Assembly (NCBI GenBank): GCA_963706285.1
Contig: CAVPLU010000012.1
Coordinates: 109,344 to 173,343, forward strand
Direction of reading: 5' to 3'
DNA from: Candidatus Bathyarchaeota archaeon
Lineage (GTDB): Archaea; Thermoproteota; Bathyarchaeia; 40CM-2-53-6
DNA length: 64,000 nucleotides
The position numbers and the translations under genes were made by a program. The notes below the pieces were generated by a model. The model was not told the origin of the DNA, did no database searches, and saw nothing but the letters and a program-made list of their open reading frames with translations. Positions 1 through 9,132 of the stretch are shown here, piece after piece; position 1 is the stretch's first letter, and the number at the start of each line of letters is the position of its first letter.

Positions 1-14
1 CAGGTGGTGAAAGG

Positions 15-536
15 ATGACCGACAAAGTCGAAAAGCTTTCCGAGCGCGTGTCCAGGTTGACTCCTGACGGTAACAGTCAGGCGCTGGCGCTCACAGCCGA
101 AGAAAGGAACATGGTTAGTTACTTCTGGAGTCAGCTACACTGGATGCCTGATGAGTTTGAGGAATACTGGGCGATCCGGACCCGGATGGAGGACATTCAT
201 GCTGCTGTAGGTTCCGTCCATTTGGGCGCGGAAGAGAATCGGGAGTACATGAAGCTTAGCGAACGAAGCACAGAACTCGTTCACGACATACTTGGGAAGC
301 GCGTACGCGCTAACAATGTCATTCGTGACATGATCTGGCCGGAGCTTGCTCCACGTGTGGTAAGATGCTGTAAGCTTCAGGAGAAACCGCAACTCACCGA
401 CGATGAGGTTGAAGAGTTGAAAGGGCTGATGGAATGGTTCAGCAAACTACGGCAGGAGGCTTTGAAGACAAGCTGTCAGGGGTTGCAAGCTGTCGGCGGA
501 GAAGGCTATGGAAATGTTGAAAGAGACAGAGTGTGA
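15..536 (+). CDS. hypothetical protein; 3' end possibly frameshifted, continuing to ~591
   Basis: 173-aa ORF with helical, charged composition and a purine-rich SD-like leader; no recognisable family. Confidence 0.55.
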   Translation: MTDKVEKLSERVSRLTPDGNSQALALTAEERNMVSYFWSQLHWMPDEFEEYWAIRTRMEDIHAAVGSVHLGAEENREYMKLSERSTELVHDILGKRVRANNVIRDMIWPELAPRVVRCCKLQEKPQLTDDEVEELKGLMEWFSKLRQEALKTSCQGLQAVGGEGYGNVERDRV

Positions 537-669
537 GGAATGCGGCAATGCGGGAGAGCAAGCGAACGCCGTTGGCGCCAGCACACAATAGCACGCAAGA
601 CCCTGATGTTGTCAGGGCAATGAACCTTGAATAGAGTTAGCGTTCAACACTGGGTGGGAGAAGCGACGC

Positions 670-1149
670 TTGCCGAAGCCTAAGCCGCAACGGATTCGTA
701 AACCCGTCCTGATCGGAATATCCGCCCTGATCGGTTTTGCTGCAACATTTGGTTTCGATATGATCTATGACGTCCCCGGATTGATCTACCCCGTCATTGA
801 TGGAGTAATCACAGCAACCCTCTCGGCTCTGCTGGCATTTTTCGGGTGGTCGCGAAGTGGGCAAAGGTTCAGAGAAGTTCTGGTGCTAATGCTTGTCCTG
901 CCATTCCTTCAGTACATGTTGTCGGGCTTGGCATTGTCGATAGCTTATGGAATTCCTCTTCAGGCGGGTATGATAGTGCCATTGGATCCTAATGGTATTG
1001 CATTCCTTGTTGTCAACGGGGTGGTGTTTGCCGTGATTGGCGTTCTGTCGAGCTCCCACGGTTTATCGGTCCCCATCTCTCTCGGAAGCAAAGGAACAAG
1101 AGTCGAGTCGAGAGAGAGCATGGGACTAGGAGCTGCAAATGCTAGTTAG
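670..1149 (+). CDS. hypothetical membrane protein (about 4 TM helices)
   Basis: 159-aa ORF with four hydrophobic segments. Confidence 0.65.
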   Translation: MPKPKPQRIRKPVLIGISALIGFAATFGFDMIYDVPGLIYPVIDGVITATLSALLAFFGWSRSGQRFREVLVLMLVLPFLQYMLSGLALSIAYGIPLQAGMIVPLDPNGIAFLVVNGVVFAVIGVLSSSHGLSVPISLGSKGTRVESRESMGLGAANAS

Positions 1150-1368
1150 ATTCAAAGGCGACTACGAAGCCTCCTTCCAATGACACGACACAATACACCA
1201 GAAGACCAAATACGGAACCTGTCTCTCACACTATGTTCATGTGACGACACATTCACGGCACGAGAAGAAGCAAAGAATTATTCTAGCGTGCAAACTCAAA
1301 CGAACCTTATATATTCACGCGATTAATGGGTGCGCCACCTTACTAAGCAAAGCCACGGAGATCCCTTC

Positions 1369-2298
1369 ATGGAAAGACGAGCGACCTTCACAATTTGCTT
1401 GTTGACCATTCTGGCATTCTCGTGGTCAGCAACCTGTGCACACGCTTCGTCAGTCAACTACGCGATTCATGGCGGAAAGGTGACCGTGGAACTTTCCCTG
1501 CAGTTCTTCCAGAACGTCACAGCAATGCCAAGCGTGAGCCAGACGTTCTCGGGTGCAGCGTCTCAGAGTCTTTCATCCGCAATAGAAGGCAGCCTCAGAA
1601 ACGAGGCCCGCAGCGCCTCAGTTTCCTCGCTTTCAGGTGATCTGAAATCAACAGGTAACTGGATCAACACGACAATCCGATTCGATATCAGCGGGGTTTC
1701 CACCCAAAATGGGAGCCTCCTGAATCTGAATTGCTCTTGGATTCGCTTCAAAGTAGCCAACGATCTCAAGCTCGGAGATCTTAGCTACAACCTAATCGGA
1801 GCGACCTACATCAAACCAACATTTGAGAAGTATGCAGACTTTCAGATCGCTCCCCTCAATGCAACCGTTTCTGGAGTCGTATACAGACTTGACACATTGG
1901 ATGTGACTCCTGAAGTCGCGGCTCAGAAGGCTGGCAACGCGACACTGCTTGACTTTAGCTACGTTTCACCGCCAGTTGAAGAGTGGAAGATGTCATTCAA
2001 CTTAACTCAGGCTTCAACAACGTGGACTTACGCACCAGTTCCCGCTGTTGCAATGCAAATGGCGGTAACACCGAAAATTGGAGCGGCATTTCATCTGGAT
2101 GCTTCGTATGCCTACAACGCGACCCTTTCAGTCGATGGATTCGCTCATGTGCACGCAGACACAATAACCACGGATGTTTCAAGTGGTTATGAACCGCTGC
2201 TCATGCTGGCTGTCGTGATCGCGACTTTCGCGGTCGCTGTGGCGACAAGTTGGGTTTACAGGTCTCGACGAAAGCAATTGCCTCGAAGACGAAAGTAG
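1369..2298 (+). CDS. secreted/surface protein with signal peptide and C-terminal membrane anchor
   Basis: N-terminal MERRATFTICLLTILAFSWSATCAHA, Ser/Thr/Asn-rich body, C-terminal TM plus RRKQLPRRRK; TATA-like CTTATATA at ~1305. Confidence 0.8.
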   Translation: MERRATFTICLLTILAFSWSATCAHASSVNYAIHGGKVTVELSLQFFQNVTAMPSVSQTFSGAASQSLSSAIEGSLRNEARSASVSSLSGDLKSTGNWINTTIRFDISGVSTQNGSLLNLNCSWIRFKVANDLKLGDLSYNLIGATYIKPTFEKYADFQIAPLNATVSGVVYRLDTLDVTPEVAAQKAGNATLLDFSYVSPPVEEWKMSFNLTQASTTWTYAPVPAVAMQMAVTPKIGAAFHLDASYAYNATLSVDGFAHVHADTITTDVSSGYEPLLMLAVVIATFAVAVATSWVYRSRRKQLPRRRK

Positions 2299-2303
2299 CG
2301 CCG

Positions 2304-2828
2304 CTAAGCGCTTATTCTGGCGCTCGCCATTTTGGTGAGGGCATCTTCGCCGAATGAGCTTGAGAAGTGCTTAAGCAATATCCCTCGATAGAGTGCAGCC
2401 TCGTCCTCGCTCATGTACTGGAACATGTACGGGCCTTGGTATGGCGATGGTGCTCCGTCTCTTGTTATGAACTCAATGTGCATGAGCGGCTCTCCGCATT
2501 TGATGGTTATGGGCTGGCGATCGTTGCTCAGATTCACAAGCTCCAGCGCCAATCGTCCGACGAAACCGCTGTGGACTTTGGCGGCGTTCAAGAATGATAG
2601 CCCCATTCTTCCATATCGACTCTTGGCAGTGAGGTGAGCCACGTAGTTCGGAGGAGTGAAAACCACCTCGTGCGAGATTAGATTCTTGTGCTCCAGATAG
2701 TGCAGCGTCGTCTCATCTCTGACGGTTAAGACATATCCGTCACCATCTAGAAGATCGAAATCGAACGGGTGAACGCACTTGAAGGAGTTGACGAGTTCAA
2801 GGAGTTTGTCTTTTCCCAGTATGCCCAA
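2304..2828 (-). CDS. dcd: dCTP deaminase / trimeric dUTPase family protein with divergent motifs
   Basis: AKSRYGRMGL, VHSGFVGRLALELVN, GEPLMHIEF and PYQGPY.FQ follow the Dcd/dUTPase motif order. Confidence 0.7.
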   Translation of the reverse strand: MGILGKDKLLELVNSFKCVHPFDFDLLDGDGYVLTVRDETTLHYLEHKNLISHEVVFTPPNYVAHLTAKSRYGRMGLSFLNAAKVHSGFVGRLALELVNLSNDRQPITIKCGEPLMHIEFITRDGAPSPYQGPYMFQYMSEDEAALYRGILLKHFSSSFGEDALTKMASARISA

Positions 2829-2896
2829 CGCTCGTATCCCACCTGTCTGGTGAACTGCTCCATTCCTCTGTTTTGTGAGTTTCGGATCGCAATATG

Positions 2897-3412
2897 TCAG
2901 GCAGAAGGAACGGCTGTGAAGGGCAGTTTCAAGCTCGCGCCACCAGCGTTCTCCTGGACTTCCGGGGCAACCTTCAGCATAACGACGGTATTCGTGCCGA
3001 ATTGAACAAGGAACGGAACAGAGACCGAGATCACGCTGGATTCTAGCTGAAGATTTCGTGAAGCGCCGTTGGTTATCATCGTCGCGTTCGTCACCTTCAC
3101 GCGTATTGCTTCATACTGCCCGAGAGGCAGGCTACCCAACGCAACAACCTCGCTCATGTTAGTCATTGCCAGATCTACAAGAGTTGATTTGTTTGATATG
3201 GACTGCCAAGCCGACGGCCCGCTAATGTCCAATCGGTGGGCACTGATTTCCGAGATGGTGACGTAGAGATGGTCTGCGTGAAGAGAGGTTGTCGAGGACA
3301 AGGTCACCTTCACGCCTCCGTTTATCAGCGGCGGAAACACTATGAGAAATGCCACTACAAGCAGCACGATCACGGCGATGATTCGTTTTGCCCGCATCGT
3401 CTTCAGCTTCAA
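2897..3412 (-). CDS. DUF4382-like exported beta-sandwich protein
   Basis: N-terminal TM/signal; HLYVTISEISAH...W...VDL...LPLGQYEAIRVKV pattern typical of DUF4382. Confidence 0.7.
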   Translation of the reverse strand: MKLKTMRAKRIIAVIVLLVVAFLIVFPPLINGGVKVTLSSTTSLHADHLYVTISEISAHRLDISGPSAWQSISNKSTLVDLAMTNMSEVVALGSLPLGQYEAIRVKVTNATMITNGASRNLQLESSVISVSVPFLVQFGTNTVVMLKVAPEVQENAGGASLKLPFTAVPSA

Positions 3413-3702
3413 GCGGCTCTATCAGAAGTGAATTCCATATAATCGTATCTTCGGTCAAGATACGTTCTTGTACAGACTGCTCGCTTCCGAGCGCCTCGTC
3501 CTAGCCGACGGTGAGACGTGGAGAGAAACAAGCGAAACGTTAGCTGCTGACTTCACTGTATGAAGATCCAACCCAGTGACGCCATCAGTAGTATGCGAGT
3601 GCTTCACCTAGTCGATTAGTGCATTTCATGCGGAATGGTTATCTAGCGCCAGACGAGCGTCGCTAGGTTGATCTCTAAAACCATTGGAGACTGAGATAGG
3701 GT

Positions 3703-4140
3703 TTGCCGAAGAATATCCTGGCTCCTGTCGATGGTTCTACGTACATGGAACGAAACGTCAGATACACGTGTCACATCGCCAAGAGTATGGGTTGTGACAT
3801 GACGCTACTTTACGTGGTGACGATGCCGATCGGCATCATGTCGGACTACGGATATGCACCTCCTGCATTTGTCGACATTGAGCAGTTTCGACGAATCGGC
3901 TCCGAAGTTCTTGAGAAAGCCAAGAAGATTGCACAAGAGAGCGGAATAGATGCCAAGACTAGGCTGGAGGTAGCGTCTGGGAACGCTGCACAGAAGATCC
4001 TTGAAGTCGCCGAGAGCGGAGGGTTCGACCTAATCGTCATAGGCTCCAAGGGCCACAGCCTTCTCAGAAACGTGCTCGTCGGAAGCGTCTGCGACACAGT
4101 TTTCCGCCACTCTAAGTGTCCGGTCCTGGCGATACGGTAG
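3703..4140 (+). CDS. universal stress protein (UspA family)
   Basis: ILAPVDGS, DLIVIGSKGHS...VGSVCDTVFRHSKCPVLAIR. Confidence 0.92.
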   Translation: MPKNILAPVDGSTYMERNVRYTCHIAKSMGCDMTLLYVVTMPIGIMSDYGYAPPAFVDIEQFRRIGSEVLEKAKKIAQESGIDAKTRLEVASGNAAQKILEVAESGGFDLIVIGSKGHSLLRNVLVGSVCDTVFRHSKCPVLAIR

Positions 4141-4334
4141 AGCCGAACAGCCACCAGCCGTACATGTGAAATATGCTGTTACTTAGCAGCCTTGGCTTTT
4201 CGTATTACGTCACCGTTGGACCTGGTGAACTTGATGCTGTCGCCTTTCTCAGCTCGGCTTCAACCCTATTCATTAACGAGTTATCTACACCCTCGAAAGG
4301 GGTCTAGCACAGCAATCCAGAGAACTCGTATCGA

Positions 4335-4391
4335 TTGAAAAGAAAGAAACCAGAAAAAAGGGAAGTCGGCAAGAAGCGAACCCGAACTCCT
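4335..4391 (-). terminator. hairpin plus T-rich tract downstream of the Tyr-rich peptide gene
   Basis: Minus strand reads GGAGTTCGG...CCGACTTCC followed by CTTTTTTCTGGTTTCTTTCTTTTC. Confidence 0.5.
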
Positions 4392-4440
4392 TCTGGTCGA
4401 GTTTGCTTCTATGCTAACAGAATAGCCTTGTCGTTTTTGT

Positions 4441-4608
4441 CTAGTAGTGGTGGTAATCAGCGTGAGGTGGTATCATGTGACGATCAAACCACTTGTAGTC
4501 ATAATGTCCTCCGAAGTACGGATAGTCATAGAACTGTACGGGGTAGTACCAGTACTGCGGATAAGAGTACTGAGGATAGTACCAGTATTGGGGATACCAG
4601 TATGACAT
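4441..4608 (-). CDS. 55-aa Tyr/Trp/Pro/His-rich peptide with YPQY repeats (absent from the ORF track)
   Basis: Hand translation: MSYWYPQYWYYPQYSYPQYWYYPVQFYDYPYFGGHYDYKWFDRHMIPPHADYHHY*; strong SD AGGAGGTGAG 6 nt upstream; repeats vary at synonymous positions. Confidence 0.75.
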   Translation of the reverse strand: MSYWYPQYWYYPQYSYPQYWYYPVQFYDYPYFGGHYDYKWFDRHMIPPHADYHHY

Positions 4609-4690
4609 ACCTCTCTCACCTCCTAACCACTCATGAACTACTGCCTAGACGCTAGAGAAAGTGCGATTGACTGTCGACGAGTTTCTCAGG

Positions 4691-4960
4691 CTAAAGGTGG
4701 TGCCATTGAGAGCGTCCACAGTTCGGACAGTAGTCAATGCCTGCATCAGTTGTAGCAATCAAGGGCTGGAAGCAATACCTGCAATCCTCCATCCTCTCCA
4801 CTTCTTGAGAATGGTTGGCAATAGTGCGGATCCATTCAGAGCCAGGCTTCGGATAGACGTACCAGTGCTCATGTGGAAATCCATAGTCGTGGTATTCATA
4901 CGTCCGATGTGCTGGACAATAAGCCACATCCGGCAGAGCACTTAACCCTCTATATGACAT
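4691..4960 (-). CDS. small Tyr/His-rich zinc-ribbon protein, paralog 1 (start could be 4966 or 4972)
   Basis: YCPAH...CRYCFQPLIATTDAGIDYCPNCGRSQWHHL; clearly homologous to 6320-6574. Confidence 0.8.
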   Translation of the reverse strand: MSYRGLSALPDVAYCPAHRTYEYHDYGFPHEHWYVYPKPGSEWIRTIANHSQEVERMEDCRYCFQPLIATTDAGIDYCPNCGRSQWHHL

Positions 4961-5001
4961 ACTCATTTTCATCCTTCCCTGCCATAATGGTAAAGCAAGG
5001 T

Positions 5002-5023
5002 CAGCATACATCTTTCAGTTTAC
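5002..5023 (-). promoter_or_regulatory. 22-bp upstream motif shared with 6264-6285
   Basis: Minus strand GTAAACTGAAAGATGTATGCTG versus GTAAACTGGAACACGTATGCTG (19/22 identical), both ~35 nt upstream of an ATG. Confidence 0.6.
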
Positions 5024-5238
5024 AAGCGTTAGATATTGACGCCCCCGACAAGATGTGCACAGAAACATTGAGTTCTGGATCAATGTGGTGTAAAGCCTAG
5101 TAGTATTCAGCGTTAAGAAAACCTCAACCGAGGAAATCCGCAAGCCTCATGTGCTCGCTGTCAGCTTCAAGCCCTCGACGAGATGCGAGTGGCAAGGTCT
5201 TTATTGGGAAACAGAGAATTCACCAAGGGGTGCAACAG

Positions 5239-6033
5239 GTGCAGGTCTCAATCGATGGAACAACGATACACTACGTTGACTCCGGAGATCCTGCAGGCTA
5301 GACCCATCGTTCTTATTCACGGATTTCCGTTCAGTCATGAGATGTGGAGCCCACAGATCGCCTTTCTAGAAAAGAAGCTGCGTGTCATCGCCTACGACGT
5401 TCGAGGGCATGGCAAGAGCGATGTTGGCGACGGCCAGTACACCCTCGAACTGTTCGTGGACGACCTCATAGGTCTGCTAGACCATCTGAAAATAGAGAAA
5501 GCAGTCTTGTGCGGGCTATCGATGGGGGGTTACATTGCTCTGAGAGCGATTGAACGAAACCCTGAACGCTGGCATGCTCTCGTTCTCTGTGACACCTCCT
5601 CGCAGGCCGATTCGAATGAAGCTAAGCTTAGACGTGCAGCCACGATAAGGGCGATTAAACGTGAAGGCGTGAAACCATTCGCAGACACATTCTTGGAATC
5701 AGCCTTCGCTCAGACGGCCAAAGACGCCGAAGCTGAGACTGATGATGAAGAAGATCATCGAATCGAATTCGCCCATTGGAATTTGCGGAACCCTCCTTGC
5801 GCTTGGCTGGAAGAACAGATACAACAGCCGCGTTGAAAACAATCAACGTTCCAACGCTCATTCTTGTTGGAGAACTCGACAAGATTACCCCGCCCGTCCT
5901 CTCGCAGAGGATGCATGACGAGATCAAAGGGTCCGAACTTCACATTATTCCTCATGCTGGACATTTGAGTAACCTTGAAAACTCGGCGGAATTCAACAAG
6001 TGTCTGCTTGACTTCCTACAAGGACTGACTTAG
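5239..6033 (+). CDS. alpha/beta hydrolase (enol-lactonase-like), split by two frameshifts
   Basis: VLIHGFP, YDVRGHGKS, nucleophile elbow GLSMGG, GELD and HAGH across ORFs 5183-5836 and 5776-6033; N-terminus VQVSIDGTTIHYVDSG lies in another frame. Confidence 0.85.
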
Positions 6034-6263
6034 AACCACTTAGCCATCAGATGATGCTTGAGCTTTGGCCTATTGCTGACTCTAATATGCTGGCATTTTC
6101 GAAGGCTGGCCCGCAGTTGATGCCAGCGCAAGTGCTCGCCAGACTCTTGGACGAGGCAAGGTATCTTTCTCACACTCAGGCGTATCATGTTTGGCGAAAC
6201 CATTGATAGACCCTCCTTAGCTCTTGTCTCTGTTCGGAAAAGAGCCTACAATGGTTAGCGGTC

Positions 6264-6285
6264 GTAAACTGGAACACGTATGCTG
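6264..6285 (+). promoter_or_regulatory. 22-bp upstream motif shared with 5002-5023
   Basis: GTAAACTGGAACACGTATGCTG, ending 34 nt upstream of ATG 6320. Confidence 0.6.
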
Positions 6286-6319
6286 GACTCGTCCATTCTC
6301 TTCTTACAGTGAAATTGAA

Positions 6320-6574
6320 ATGAGCTACGTATACCAAGCGTTACCGGGGTACTGTCCTTGGCATCAGAGCTACGACTATGACTACCTGTACTCCTACAGT
6401 CCTCAGCCACTATCACATGTGGACATGCAGCATTATCCTCTTGTAGGTGAGCATCACGGCGGGGTACACATCTCAGAGAACTGCAAATACTGCTTTCAAC
6501 GGCTGGTAGCCACCCAAGATCCAAGCATAAACTACTGCCCACAGTGCGGAAGGTATCAGCCGCATCGAATCTAA
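6320..6574 (+). CDS. small Tyr/His-rich zinc-ribbon protein, paralog 2
   Basis: MSYVYQALPGYCPWH...CKYCFQRLVATQDPSINYCPQCGRYQPHRI. Confidence 0.8.
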   Translation: MSYVYQALPGYCPWHQSYDYDYLYSYSPQPLSHVDMQHYPLVGEHHGGVHISENCKYCFQRLVATQDPSINYCPQCGRYQPHRI

Positions 6575-6698
6575 ACATACTTTCCAAAACGACATTGGGG
6601 GCCCCAACGGCCCCCGTAGGCACAGTAGCTGAAACCTTCCACAATTCGATTATCTGCTTTACCCTTGAGATAGAAAATAATCGTTTCAATTCCTTTGA

Positions 6699-7646
6699 CT
6701 AGGCAATGAGTTGGCTGGTAGACGAGGCGATCTGTATCGGCGCTTCGCCGCACAGTTGAGCGATCCTGTTCCAGTTATGTTCGACTTGCCTCCGCAATTC
6801 TTCAAGATCCTTGGTGAATTCTGGCGCGAACAGGTGCCTGAATCTGCCTTGGGGTTTGAGGAATTCCTCAAGCGGGATTGGTTTCGGTATTTTCATGCTG
6901 AGTTTGTACTTTCCATTTTCCACTTCGTAGAGAGGGAAGTACCCGGTCTGGACGGCTAGCCTGGCGAGCTTGATCGTCTCACTGGTCTCGAATCGCCATC
7001 CGAGAGGACATGGCGCCAGCACATGTATCACCGCTGGACCTTTGATCGCTGTAGCTCGCCGAACTTTGGTTATGTAATCGTTCCAATATGCAACGGAAGC
7101 CGTGGCGGCATATTCCACTCCATGTGCAACACAGATGCCGATGAGGTCCTTCTTCGCGTCTGTCTTGCCAGGGATCTTTGAGCCTGCGGGTGTGGTCGTT
7201 GTGGCTGCCCCATATGGTGTTGCGCCAGACCTCTGTATTCCGGTGTTCATGTATGCCTCATTGTCATAGCAGATGTAGGTGAAATCGTGCTTCCTCTCGA
7301 GAGCGCCCGACAGCGCTTGGATTCCAATATCAAATGTGCCTCCGTCTCCGCCAAACGCGACTATGTCAACCGCGTCGGCCTTTCCCTCTTTTTGTAGGGA
7401 CGCTTCGATCCCCGACGCTACCGCAGAAGCGTTCTCAAAGAGTGTGTGAACCCAGGGCACCTTCCAGGCTGTGTCAGGATAGATTGTGGTCGCAACCTCA
7501 AGGCAACCGGTAGCGTTCACAATGATTGTGGGCTTCTGCAGGGCTTTTAGTGTGATGCGTGCCGTGGTTGCAGGACCGCAACCAGTGCACATTCTGTGGC
7601 CTGGACCGAAGGACTCTTGCGTTGAAAGCTCTTTCAGACTGACCAC
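6699..7646 (-). CDS. porB: pyruvate/2-oxoacid:ferredoxin oxidoreductase beta subunit
   Basis: GHRMCTGCG, NATGCLEV, TPP motif GGDGG...YDNEAYMNTGIQRS. Confidence 0.93.
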   Translation of the reverse strand: MVSLKELSTQESFGPGHRMCTGCGPATTARITLKALQKPTIIVNATGCLEVATTIYPDTAWKVPWVHTLFENASAVASGIEASLQKEGKADAVDIVAFGGDGGTFDIGIQALSGALERKHDFTYICYDNEAYMNTGIQRSGATPYGAATTTTPAGSKIPGKTDAKKDLIGICVAHGVEYAATASVAYWNDYITKVRRATAIKGPAVIHVLAPCPLGWRFETSETIKLARLAVQTGYFPLYEVENGKYKLSMKIPKPIPLEEFLKPQGRFRHLFAPEFTKDLEELRRQVEHNWNRIAQLCGEAPIQIASSTSQLIA

Positions 7647-8840
7647 TAAGCTCGCACTCCCATGAAGGTCACCGGATCGTCGATCTCAGCACCATTGGCC
7701 TGATGTAGCGCGGTTTCGAATATGCCTTCGATGTCGCTTGGTTTGATGTCTCTTCCGCCTAAACCGCATATGACGTTGAAGATCTTGGTCTGAATACCTG
7801 TAAGTACTTTGGTTGAGGCGATATCGCTGCATAACGCACCGTAAGGTGCCCCGAATGATATGGCTCGGTCAATTACGCCGACGCTCTTCGCTTTTGACAG
7901 CACCTCGTGCAACTTCTTTTGTCGGGAAAGGTCTGTACTGCCAAAGCTTGACAACACCGACACGCTTGCCTTTCTGCCTCATCTTTGCTGCAACAGCGCG
8001 AGCTGTTCCGGCGACGCTGCCCATGCATATCACCGCGGCATCGGCGTCTTCCATGTCGAAGGCGGATAGTTTTGAGTATTGTCTGCCCGAGATTTCTTGG
8101 AACTCATCTGCTACTGAAGCAATAACCGGCGGTGCGTTCTTCATTGCCTCGACTTGCTGTCGTTTGAACTCTGTATAGTAGTCAGGGAGCGTCAGCGGTC
8201 CGAAGGTCATTGGATTCGTCGTGTCCAGCTTATAGAGTGGGTTCCTCTTGCCGAGGAAGGCGCTGACTCTGTCATCTTCGAGTACGGCTACGCCTTCCAT
8301 TGCATGAGAGATCGTGAATCCGTCTAGGTTCACGGTCACTGGAAGCGATACCTTGTGATCTTCTGCGATCCTGAAAGCCTGGATAGTCCAGTCATATGCC
8401 TCTTGTGCGTTCTCCGCATATATCTGGATCCAGCCGCAGTCTCTGGAACCCATCATGTCTGAGTGGTCGTTGTGGATGTTGATAGGCGCGGAGAGTGCCC
8501 TGTTAGCAACCGCCATAACAATCGGCGTGCGCAAACCTGAAGCGAGGTAGAGCACCTCATGCATCAATGCCAGTCCTTGGCTCGATGTTGCCGTGAACAC
8601 CCGTGATCCAACAAGGCTGGATCCAACGCATGCCGAGAGCGCTGAGTGCTCGGACTCAACGCAAACAAACCGAGTGTCAACTTCCCCGTTTGCCACATAG
8701 TCGCTGAATCGTTCAACCATTATCGTCTGAGGAGTTATCGGATAGGCGGCAACAACGTCAACTCGAGCTTGTTTGGCTGCAAAGGCAACAGCCTCATCGC
8801 CATTCATTCCGACGATCTTCTGAGAAATCGTCTTCGACAA
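7646..8840 (-). CDS. porA: pyruvate/2-oxoacid:ferredoxin oxidoreductase alpha subunit, frameshift near 7910
   Basis: AAYPITPQT, ESEHSA, ATSSQGL; C-terminus (VIDRAISFG...GLGGRD) in ORF 7646-7963. Confidence 0.92.
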
Positions 8841-8841
8841 C

Positions 8842-9129
8842 TCAGCTCTCCTCCATCATCGTAATAGCTTTCATGGGACATTCGGTGGCGCAGATCCCGC
8901 ATCCTTTGCAGTAATCATAGCTGAACTCGATTGTCTTCGGTCCGCGCAGGATCGCAGGTTCTGGGCAGTAGATCCAACATATCAGACAGTTTGTGCATTT
9001 TTTTGCATCCAAGGTCGGACGCTTGAGTCGCCAAGTTCCGGTCTTGTTTCGCTCAGCAGATCCGGGAGTCACAAGTACTGCGCCCATAGGCAGCGAACTC
9101 CATCCGGGCTTGTCTTCTGCTGCGCTCAT
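8842..9129 (-). CDS. porD: oxidoreductase delta subunit (2x[4Fe-4S])
   Basis: KTGTWR, CTNCLICWIYCP, YCKGCGICATECP. Confidence 0.93.
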   Translation of the reverse strand: MSAAEDKPGWSSLPMGAVLVTPGSAERNKTGTWRLKRPTLDAKKCTNCLICWIYCPEPAILRGPKTIEFSYDYCKGCGICATECPMKAITMMEES

Positions 9130-9132
9130 TCC

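Noticed and set aside
4180-4283. Minus-strand fragment EKGDSIKFTRSNGDVIRKAKAAK resembling an AbrB C-terminus
   Set aside because: No intact start or N-terminal half, and too short to support a call.
4335-4655. 106-aa plus-strand Ser/Thr-rich ORF
   Set aside because: It is the antisense shadow of the Tyr-rich peptide and its terminator. The minus-strand ORF has the SD and codon-level evidence.
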